Assembly (NCBI GenBank): GCA_051294375.1
Contig: CM119264.1
Coordinates: forward strand, 16,935,139 to 16,999,138
Direction: 5' to 3'
Source of the DNA: Paraspadella gotoi
Taxonomy: Eukaryota; Animalia; Chaetognatha
DNA: 64,000 nt
Each line of letters begins with the position of its first letter. Position 1 is the first letter of the stretch. Shown piece after piece: positions 53,437-64,000 of this stretch. The position numbers were made by a program, and so were the translations under genes. The notes beneath the pieces are model-generated. The model saw nothing but the letters and a program-made list of their open reading frames with translations, was not told the origin of the DNA and did no database searches.

Positions 53437-53804
53437 AAAATGACGATAATACGATGATACTTGATAGTGGTTCGGCCTCGTTCTGAGGGTTGAGAAAGAC
53501 CTACGTAAAAAAAAAAAACATTAAGTATTATATATTACATATTATATTATATATTATATATTATAATATAATATAATATAAGATGACGACAATGATGACG
53601 ATGAGTTTGATTTTCACGCTAATATAACCAAACGTTCGTCTCTAACGTTTACACGGCGACGACAACTTGAAGAAGTTCATCTAAAACGAGATCCAACAAA
53701 ATCTCATGAAGCTTCTGAACGAAAGACTCTGAGATGGGAATCAGATGCTACTGGCACCTTTCAGAATTAGGTCTCTCTCTCTCTCTCTCTCTCCTTCTTC
53801 TCTC

Positions 53805-53855
<51 letters not shown>

Positions 53856-54241
53856 TCCTCCATTTTCCATTCCTCGGCGTTTTTTTGCGATTCCCGAGAA
53901 ATCTTCGCCATCTCCTCCTCCTCCTCCTCCTCCTCCTCTAGTTGGTTTTCTTGCCCCTCCTTCACCTCCCATCCCCCTTTCACCTTATCCCTCTCTCATT
54001 TTCATCCTGCAGACGAGGCGACATAAACAATCACCGAAAACGCCCTTTTTTTCCCCAGATTCCGCCTGCATCCGGGGGGCCTGGGGACTGGGGACTTGGG
54101 ACTGGGTATGCGCGATAAGTTTGGAGGAGACATTGCACCGTTTTCTATTACTAAAACAGTATTCCAGTTTATGTAAGAGGAAAGCGGGTATTCAGATGTA
54201 TTGACTATCTTTTTAGTGTTGTCATATAGTGACAAGATTAT

Positions 54242-54415
54242 ATTGATGTTATTTTTTTGGTCTTGACTTGCAAGCAGTAAAATTAAAAAAATCAATAACT
54301 TCATTTTATTAAAGAAAACGCCTTCGAAAAATAGCGTTTTCTAGAAAAAATGAAGTTATATTAATTCTTATTGCCATATAACTTTATATCTCAAGACCAA
54401 AGAAATAACATCAAT
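54242..54415. mobile_element. Fold-back (palindromic) MITE-like element
   Basis: Outer arms attgatgttatttttttggtcttga / tcaagaccaaagaaataacatcaat and inner arms ataacttcatttt...gaaaacgc / gcgttttc...aaaatgaagttat are reverse complements around a short loop. Confidence 0.7.
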
Positions 54416-55104
54416 GAATAACATTACTATCTCTTTTTATTAAACAACTACATGGGTTTCCGCAGAAATTATCCTCCCGAATTCCCCTTTTGAACATTGG
54501 TGACTTCTCCCACAAAAAAAAAAGGTTTTTTGTTCCAGTTTCCGACTTTCTGGATTTTGTCAACAAACGACGCCATTGTGATGAGAGGTCTTGGAAGACC
54601 AGAGCGACATCTTGGAAATAGAGAAAGAGGCTTTAGAAGAGAGCAGAAAAAAAAAGTTTACACCGATTATGTTTCATGCGTTTTTGTAAACAATAATGGT
54701 TTTTTACTTTAAAGAATTTCAGTGATTACGATATAAAGGATTATTAAAAGCAAAAAGGAAAAAAAAAATATTGTCGAAAAAGAATTTAAACGTTATAAAT
54801 ACATCTTCGAAAACGACTCCTTACGTCAAGGGCATGCATGCGATAAGAGGAGCGTGAATCAAGGGCAGCTCATGAGAATCTAAATGCATTGAGCATTTGA
54901 GCATTGTGATTACGCATCAAACCTAAAAATCTGCCTTGGTTTCGTTTCAAGCCTCCCGCCCACTCTTTTCGAACCGAGGAGAACCGTGGGCGTCTGTCTC
55001 TTTCGCTTAGTTTGCTGTTATTGCTCTTCAGTTATTTTAGTATAGCGTGAATTTGTAGTCGGGCATTGCATAAGTTCACCGCCTATAAGGATAACACCAG
55101 TCGT

Positions 55105-55315
55105 GACCCGGTGGCTCATTGAGTAAAGCCATCAGCTCATGACCACTAGGTAGCGTGTTCAATCCCAACCCGGCACCTACCCTACGGGAAGGGTGAGGGG
55201 TGAGGACGGTGGGGGCGTGGAAAACCCTCAAGCAAGGTTCCATGCGTAGACCCGTTCCATGGCAGTTAGAGGGGGTTAAAGAAGTAAGGGTTAGCACTCT
55301 TCAGCCTACTTATTA
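55105..55315 (+). mobile_element. tRNA-derived SINE-like element
   Basis: The head (55105-55176) has A-box tggctcattgag and B-box gttcaatcc at tRNA spacing, with a ctcatga anticodon-like loop. It is followed by a ~130-bp GC-rich body and an AT-rich tail. The stems are too degenerate for a functional tRNA, and no clear TSD is visible. Confidence 0.55.
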
Positions 55316-56037
55316 ACAATTATCATACTAAATTTACTCCGTTTGATAGTTTCTCTGTAGTCTTTACATCGTGTAATGTACTTAATCAAAACAAAAATTT
55401 TCATTCATAAACAATTAAACATACCTTTATCCGTTTCCTTAAGTCTGCATTAAAAATAAGTGAAAAACAAGGTTGAAATTATTAGATTTAGAAAATTATC
55501 TGCTCACTTTTTTCGCACAGAAATTTAATAGCAGCAAAGCCCAAAACTTCTCGATATTCAAGCGTTAGAGAAAAAAAAAAGAGAGAGAGGGTGAAGAGAG
55601 GATTAATTTGCGTTTGAACTCGTAAAGAAAGCCGTAAAAGACACTCATTCACACGAAAAGAGGCCATAACAGCTGGCGCATAAAATCTGAGCCCCAGTCA
55701 TCGCCACCTCCGCCGCCCCGCCCGCCGCACGGTCGCCGCCCCTCCCGCCCCACGCCTCGCGAATAAAACTCCAGAATGGATTGTCTCCGAAACCGAAGCC
55801 GGCTCGGGGACCGAGAAGACGTGCCTCGCCGAACGAGTCTTCCCTCGATTCATTTTTAAAACGTGATCGTCGGAAGAATTTATATTAAGGGGAAAAAAAA
55901 AGAGAGAAGAAATCCCATCGCCCGGTTCTCACGCGCACTCACTGGATTCTGTGAATTCTGAGAATTCTTCTCCAAGCCCGTTACTCTTCCTAGCACGCCC
56001 ACGAAGACACTATCGTCTTCAAGTGAGACGTTTGGAA

Positions 56038-56149
<112 letters not shown>

Positions 56150-56377
56150 CTTATTCTTCCTTCCTTCGGCCAGAATCCAGATATAATCCCTGATGGTCAA
56201 GTAGAACCCATATTTCTTGCTTCTGCCTCCGAGGAAAGCATTTTTCTTCGCGTTTCGGTCCATTTTAGAAGGAGAGGCCTTCCCTGGGGAATAGGAGAGG
56301 AAAAACGAGTGAGAGAGAGCTAACGAGCGAGAGAGAGAGAGAGAGAGAAGAGAGAGAGAGAAGAAGAAGAGAGAGAG

Positions 56378-56412
<35 letters not shown>

Positions 56413-57892
56413 AAGAGAGATAGACTAAAAGAAGAAAACGAAAAAATGCTCATAACCGATAAATGGATGTCCTCAGTTCTGAATCCAAAGGCAGAAGGTT
56501 TTATGGGGTTTTATGGGGCGACATTCGACGCTAAGGGCCGAGGAACGGCGGGGAGCATTTTAGAGGGGGGGGTGACGGCCTGAAACTGCCTGTAATTTAA
56601 TTGCAAACGCACCCAAAAAAACGCAGTGAGTTTCACGACATTCGATTCGACAGAAAGTTTAAATTTGATCACATTCCATACTCAGCGAGTAGTGGTATCT
56701 GTGGACAATTAAGATTAGCCAGATCTAAATCTTTTGTTTTTATATGATTATATTTCTCCACTAGAGATGGCTCAACTATTTTTAGCATTTTGTTTATTAA
56801 ACGTTTACCTGTACTTGTAAACTGAATGATTTCAGTCTTGATGTTTTCACCTCATGTTAATAACATTAAAACAATGTTTCTCTCTCATCATGCTTTTATT
56901 TAATTCTCCAAATGTAATGAGCACATTAACTACAATTAAATAATCAAATCAAAACAAATAATGTTTCTAGCCACATATCGAACAACTTATTAAGTACCTA
57001 TCCTGCAGGTTTCGTCGAGGTAATTTTCGTCGTGGTCAACGTCTCGGTCAACGTCGTCGTCCTCGTAATTGTCATCGTCGTTCCGTCAATCCGCGATAAG
57101 TTTTGCTACGTGCTAAGACCGGCTTAGATATCGATTAGGGTTTTTTTAGGGTTAAATCAGATAAGGAGACAAACTTTAAAAATATGAACCCTTTCGAATT
57201 GTTTCATCTTTGAATTGAGCCCCATCACGGTAATCACGAGAAACTTTTTGACGTTCCTAAGAAGGATTAAAAATATTTTGTCTCGGGCGTAATGCAGCAC
57301 TTAAGACGTCAACTATCAAGTAACCGTTAACGTTACAGGATCCGGATGTAAGAGACTTGAAAGGGGATCCGTATGTATAAAAAAAATAATGGAGGCGGAA
57401 GCGAGAATAAAACGTCGGAATAGAGTTCGGAACTCTGGTGACGAAAGGCCGTCGTGGGGGAAATACATTCGGGAAGGTGAAGGCGGCTGAGGGAGGAAGA
57501 GGAAGGGGGGGTGGAGAGAGAGATGAAGGGGAAGGGGGATTGGAGAGGAAGTGAATAGTGGTATGAATCGGTATGAAAGAGGAAAGTGAAAGAAAAGAAA
57601 GGAAAGAAAGCAAAGAAAGGAAAGGAAGACGACGGAAAAGAAAAAGGCTGCCAAGGTGAAAAAGAGAGGGAAAGGAATCATTTGGGAAGGACGAGAGGGA
57701 GGAAGCGAGAAGAGAAGGGAGGAAGATCCGAAGAGAAACGAGGAAAGAGGAAAATAAAAAAAAGGTCAAGGTTTATCGGGTCACCAGTCAAGCGCTGGAT
57801 TGAAGACTCCGAAGGAGGAGCTTGAAAAGAAAGGGTGGGAAGGTGACGATTGGACCGTCATCACATGAATAAACCCGAAAATGGCGAGAGAA

Positions 57893-57959
<67 letters not shown>

Positions 57960-58496
57960 TGAGAATGCTACGAAATGCTATTTCCCATTTAGGAAAACAA
58001 AAGCCGGAAAAAATCAATGCACATACAGGGAAGCCCGTTTCTCGCACAACTTATAACTTTCTTTGCCCTTTAAAAATTAACATACGTTCGCTCTCAAAAT
58101 ATTTTTGACATTTTTCCTTTTTTTTTAACTGGCGTTTATGTCGTTTTTCTAATTCTCTAATGAAAAAAAGGGCAAAATTTATAGGCTGAAGAAAGTCTCT
58201 TTTTGTAGGCGAAAGATCTCGTAATTCCACCGTCCTTCAAGTAAATGACTCGAGTTTTCGCTTCTCGCAGATTCCTGTTTAACATGAGGGGGGAAAAAAA
58301 GAGGAAGGGAGCGAGAGAGCAAAGCAGACGGTCCCGTGTTCACTCGCACAGTAAAGGCTTAAGATGTCGATTCTTTCCTCACTGTTTTCCCTGTCGTTGT
58401 TGTTGTCTGCGAACTGATCAAATCGAGACTTACATCAAAGGAAAGGTTGAAGAAGCGAAGGTGCGAACTCTCGACCTCCCGAAGTCCGATCTTGAG

Positions 58497-59439
58497 CGTG
58501 GGAATCCGCGACCGAATCGACGCAGGGGCCTCGCGAGCGAACGCCACCGCGGGTCAAACCCGGACGCGAACCCGGGGTCTCTCGGGTACGACGACCGTGA
58601 CTTGTCCGACCGCGCCCGGGCAGCTCGCTCCTCCTCCTCGTTGCTCGCGAAACTTTCAATTATTCACGCTTCTGGGATGATCGAGAGAGAGGGGAGGTTA
58701 AAGACGAGTTAGGAAGGGGGAGAGATGAAAAAGAAAAAGAGCGTGGGAAAGTACCCTTCTTTGTTTGCACTAAAAACTCTCCTAGAGTCAATTCTGCGCG
58801 CAGCGAGAAAGAGAGAAAGAGAGAGAAAAAAAAATGGGGGGGGGGAAAGGAAACGAATTCTGCAAAAGGGATAAATTATTCCTCTTCGAACGATTTTCCT
58901 CTATCAATTATTTCTGTTGGACGATTTTGTTTTCTAAAAAAAACATTTCTGGATCGTTTTATCTCTGTAACTTAGATGATAGTATTGATTGTAATAAGTA
59001 ATATTTATAAGTTTAAATTCAAACAAGTAATTGGATAGCTTTTATTGGTCACTTATCAGTGATATACAGAGAATATAATGCATTCCTTTCTTGTCTTTTT
59101 TCTGAAAAGCTATTCTAAATTACGCACTAAAATTACAATGATACAGATACTATAATAGAAAAAAAAAATAAATGCATAATCCAGAGTAGGAAATACTAAT
59201 TTACCTAACGATTTTCATTTTCTTTTTTGAACGGAAGTTCTTGACGTGAGAAAAGGATGAAATGACGTGTCCCATTGAAACTCGCGAACTAGGTGATTGT
59301 CACGGAGGCGTTAACAACCCTCTGAAGAATCGAGGCAAGGATGAAGTTCTCTTCGTATCTGGGTCGGGTGAAAAGAAGGACTGCCGCTCAACCGATCTCA
59401 AGGTGCGAGAGTTAAGACGAAAAACCTCCACTTCTCACA
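58497..59439. promoter_or_regulatory. Cluster of four Su(H)/CSL consensus sites (candidate Notch-responsive enhancer)
   Basis: CGTGGGAA at 58497 and 58742, CGTGAGAA at 59245 and TTCTCACA at 59432. Further sites at 55926 and 63138. Confidence 0.4.
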
Positions 59440-59824
59440 CAGCAACGGATGTCTGTTCGGGAACTTTGGAAAAATTACAATCTCCCCGGACTGTATGACC
59501 GAGAGTGAGTGTGAGTTTGTATTTGTGTGGTAGTACGGATCAAAGAGAAGCGGAGAGAAACTGATCGAGAGAAGCGATGAAAGAAAGAGAAAGAAAAAAG
59601 AGAGCGAGACAGTCACACGGAATAGTTTTTCATCGAAACACCTATGTATTCTTCCTTGTATTTTAAATAATTAAATTGTTAGTTTATTTTTGCATAATTT
59701 TTGAGGTTGTAATATTTGATTTAACCACCGTAAAAAATAAAAAATAAAAATAAATGGCTAATTAAAAATTTAAGAAGAGAGAGAGAGAGAGAGAGACAGA
59801 GAGAAGAGAGATGAGAGTAGAGAG

Positions 59825-59874
<50 letters not shown>

Positions 59875-60808
59875 AATTGGATTCTATGAAAACGATTAAA
59901 CTAAACGAAAAATGTCACGAACAGAAGTTGGTATTCTGCTACCAATAGCTTCAGCATTTCAAGTGAAAAAAAAAGTAACAGCTTTTCTTTTAATTTGTCT
60001 GAAAGGAAAAGTAAGTAACCCAAGTAAGTAAGCAAGTAACACCTCTGCCAGTTATATTTCTTCGGTTTTTAGATAAAAGTAGTTTGACATCAGTTCTAAC
60101 GCCATCAACGATCCCGGCGGGACTATTCAATTTCCCCCGTCGTTAAAATTCTGCCGAAAGGGGGAAAAAAAGTACGAAATAAAAAAAAAAGAGCATTTCG
60201 TGCTTTGGATGTCACCATTTTCCCTTTCGAGCCGAAACGTCCTTGAAAAATGGCAGAGACGAAGCGAGGAAATGGCGGTGACGTCGGGCGAATTGCCAAC
60301 CGACGCAGTCGACGCTCGGTTCTTAGCTTTCCCCTTCTTTCCTCTTTTTCTTTCTACGACTTCCGCCACCGACTCAACTCTTTCGAATCTTTTCATTTTC
60401 TTTTCTATTTTTTTCCCCAACGAAATTATCAGTAATCTTGCCAATGACTTCCACGGAACGATTGTCGCCGCATTTAGTCTCAGTTTCAACGAGCGCCCTT
60501 TCTTTCATTAACTGCTAAAGGCTAATCTAATGCGCAAGCTTTTTATCATATTCCCTTAAAATTATTTCCTCCCCCTTCATTTTTCCCTTGCATATTATTT
60601 CTTTTTTTATATATCATGAGCAATCCATAAAATTTTCTTTAAACGAGAATGCTCTCTTTTTCATGACTCTCAATCTGTGATATCCTTATCCTTTCTCGTC
60701 TTTAATTCTCTCTCTCTCTCTTCAGCTCTGAAACTTGCGCAAGCCGTAGATGCTTTTCTTTCTGAAATGCCTTCCATCCCGCCTTTTCCTTTTCTGGAAA
60801 CTCTCGGG

Positions 60809-60839
<31 letters not shown>

Positions 60840-62003
60840 GTCCCAACATATTTTTTCTGTCGGTCAGTTGCTCGAGTCGCTTTGCCCGTGAACGAGAACC
60901 GCCCCACCGTCTCGCCCCCCTCCTTTTTTTTCGGTTCTCTTGCCTCTTCGGTCCGCGCCGCAACGCCCGATGGATCGCTGGTAGCCCCCCCCCCACTCCC
61001 GATATAGCTTCCTTCTATCCAACATGGATAATCCTTCTGACCGTTTGTCGTTCAGACAAATACAAATACAAATACATTGACTATCTTTCCCATTTCATCA
61101 CGCAACGCTCCTCGATGCCCCTCACAGTTTTTCCCCCAAATTAAAACGACAGACGCTTCACATCCCCGCTTCCTCGTCCCACGTACCATTCCACCAAAAA
61201 CTCGAACCTCTTAATCGAAGGCCCCAATCCCGACCCCCGTCCCTCCATTGCCTCTTCCGCTTCGTGCAATAAAAATCTTACGATTCTCCGCAATTCAATA
61301 ATTCATGGAAAGACGCCGGACAAATTCGAGATTGGGAAGGGGGGCAAGAGAAGAGAGATGAGAGCGGGAGAGAGCGGAGCGATAGCCCGGCGGAGGGAGA
61401 GAGAAAAAAGGACGAGAGGAGAGAGGGGAAGGGAGGGGAGAAGGAGAGGAGAGNNNNNNNNNNNNNNNNNNNNNNNNNTCTCTCTCTCTCTCTCTCTCTC
61501 TCTGCCCCTTCCCAATCTCGAAATCGTCCGGCGTCTTTCATGAATTATTGAATTGCGAGAATCGTAAGATTTTTATTGCACGAAGCGGAAGAGGCAATGG
61601 AGGACGGGGGTCGGGATTGGGGCCTTCGATAAGAGGTTTGAGTTTTTGGTGGATTAGTACGTGGGACGAGGAAGCGGGGATGTGAAGCGTCTGTCGTTTA
61701 ATTTGGCGGGAAAAACTGTGAGGGGCATCGAGGAGCGTTGCGTGATGAAATGGGAAAGATAGTCAATGTATTTGTATTTGTATTTGTCTGAACGACAAAC
61801 GGTCAGAAGGAATCCATAGTTGGATAGAAGGAAGCTATATCGGGAGTGGGGTGGGGGGGCTACCAGCGATCCATCGGGTCGTTGCGGCGGGGACCGAAGA
61901 GGCAAGAGACGCGAAAAAAAGGAGGGGGGCGAGACGGTGGGGGCGGTTCTTCGTTCCACGGGCAAAGCGACTCGAGCCAACGACCAGAAGAAAATCTGGG
62001 ACG
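60840..62003. repeat. Inverted duplication (arms of ~520-610 bp) centred on a 25-N gap
   Basis: 60840-61453 is the reverse complement of 61479-62003, e.g. aaatacaaatacaaatacattgac versus gtcaatgtatttgtatttgtattt. Confidence 0.9.
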
Positions 62004-63139
62004 CCAGCGCGCACCGGCGCCAACCGCAGCGCCACGCCGCCAACGCCGCCGCTCTCCTCCAAAGACGAAAATTGAAAACCCCGTAAGGTCGAAAAGGGGA
62101 AAGTACGAGGATGGGGTGAGGGGGATCTTACGGCGGAATTGGTGGAAAGGGGTTTTTTGTAGGGAGGTGTGGCTGAATGAGGGCGTGGAAGGAAGTCGAT
62201 TTGAGGGCGAAAAGACCGAATCATTATTTGATCGGTGGGGAATGAGGAAATGAAATGGAAAGAGAAGGAAAGGAGAAAAAAGGTAGGAAAGGGTGGCGGG
62301 AAGAAGAGAAAAAATGAATTAAGAATTTGAAGTTAAATTTAAAGGAAGTAAAAAGGGACAGAAAGGTAATGAGTAATGAAGAGTCATATGGAGAAAGCAT
62401 ATAAGGGGATTAGAAGATTAAAGTGATGAGGTAACCAAAGGAACGAAATTTGAAGCTGTTTAAGTAATAAGTGAATAAACCAGGCTCAATTAGTAGCAGA
62501 ATTTAAAGTAAAGAGACTTGGATGGAAATGAGCGAAAAGAGCGAGGAGGAATTGATTTGAAAAATTTGAAGTAAAAAAACGTTTTCGACGAAATATTAAC
62601 AAAGGAGTCACGGTTCGGATGCGAAATAGGAAAGATTTGAAAGATTATGCATTGTTAGTTCTTCTCGTGATTGTAAGTTTTGTTTTTTAGTTAATGATTT
62701 TCCTGTTCATTTTGTTATGAATGTTTTACATCGAGGATAGTTCTGTTTTTAGATGCAAGATGATAACTGCTCGTGCAGATTCACTTCAACATTAGTAGAC
62801 ATCAAAAAGAGTTCTCAATTACTGTAATTAATTATTGAAGCATCACGAATAGCATATATAAAACTAATAATAGATGATTGAAAAAAATTGTCGGGACAAA
62901 GGCTAAATGTGCACGGGGTAGGTGATGATCATTGTAAACGATGTATCTGAGTGGGGCGGGCAGTTGAGAAGGTCAAAAGGAAGAGAGGGAGGGGGTCGGA
63001 TTAACGATACCCTCTCTACTGGGAGGAGACAGACGAAGGCGTCAAGCATGGGCGACGCTCTATGATGGATTTATTATGATGGAGGAATGCGGAAAGAGAG
63101 ATCCGCCATCATCGGGGAAAGACAGGGGGGAAATTCGCG

Positions 63140-63213
<74 letters not shown>

Positions 63214-64000
63214 AATAGAAAGTAGGCCGAGAGAGATTAAGGGTGAACCAGTTGAGCCTCACTGAGAGGAATCGACGTCGATACTAGGTGGTTATCAGCA
63301 GCGAGGTTTCGCCGGGTCAGTTGGGTGAGGATCGGAGGGATTTGGGTGGGTTTCGAAATCGCGAGATTTGCTGGATCAGAGAGTATAATGGTAAATGGGG
63401 ATTTGCTGTTCTTTTAGAGAAGGCGGTTGGGTTTCGATAAGTTAGTGCGTGTTTACGATGAGACTTTAAATTGGGACAAATCGGGGAATATATTTTCAGT
63501 CTAGAGAATGTTAGTGTGATTGTGTTTGTGTTTGCGTTTGTTTTTGTGTGAAATAGTGAAAAAGAAAGAGAGAGAAAAAGAGAGATGGAGAGAATGAGAG
63601 AGGAAAAAAATGAGGTTAAAATGATTATATATATGTGTAAATTTTCGGAACAATCTAAACTTGTTTAAATAAAAACACCATTTTGCGTTGTTTTGTCCAT
63701 CGCGGTCCCACGGGCCAAAGTGCTGCGTTGCGTCCATCGAGAAAGGAACAAAAATAAGAACAACGTGAACAACAAAACAAAACGGGGAAAAATGCTGGAG
63801 AAAAACAGGGAATCAAACGGAAAAAACAACAAAAATAAAACTAAGATAACGACGACGAAGACGACGACGACGACGATGGGGCGCAATCACTGAGAAAAGT
63901 GGCATCCATCCACGACTTTGGACTTTTTACGCCCGTCATGAAATCAACATGCGCTCGTTAGGAATTGTTCCACTGGAGCAAAGAGTTGGACGGGGGGGGG

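Noticed and set aside
55105-55176. Functional tRNA gene
   Set aside because: The acceptor and anticodon stems do not pair and there is no poly-T terminator; kept as a SINE head.
58186-58225. Hammerhead-like CTGAAGA...GAAA-gatc-TC
   Set aside because: There are extra bases before stem II and no stem I pairing.
59262-59498. 78-aa ORF MTCPIETRELG...
   Set aside because: It is short with no recognisable motif and overlaps the Su(H) cluster, so a non-coding reading is more plausible.
62922-62950. C/D box motifs (tgatga...ctga)
   Set aside because: The boxes are under 30 nt apart and there is no terminal stem.

Overview
This is AT-rich eukaryotic, animal-like (probably arthropod) genomic DNA. 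It has very abundant (GA/CT)n and (GAC)n microsatellites and no obvious CpG depletion. It is not prokaryotic: I found no operon, CRISPR array, rRNA or intact tRNA, and nearly all ORF-track entries are low-complexity noise. The assembly is error-prone, with indel-rich long-read consensus, five exactly-25-N gaps flanked by duplicated sequence, and roughly half the window in near-identical kb-scale duplications. These duplicates are useful because they give filled and empty versions of the same sites. Best-supported elements: (1) a ~1 kb hAT-like non-autonomous transposon with ~110-bp TIRs and an 8-bp TSD, present in only one of three copies; (2) a DINE-1-like non-autonomous Helentron (HINE) carrying a nested hAT-like insertion, whose other copy shows a possible excision footprint; (3) a tRNA-derived SINE-like element; (4) a fold-back MITE; (5) a 40-bp minisatellite. 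One clean minus-strand exon (35569-35829, RLYSMEDFTRNSYFSGP...) resembles, from recall only, the N-terminus of arthropod rotund/Lin-29-family zinc-finger proteins. If that holds, the window is mostly intronic or regulatory sequence of a large developmental gene, which would fit the Su(H), FTZ-F1, PHO/YY1, octamer and CTCF-like motif clusters. I found no convincing novel multi-gene system.
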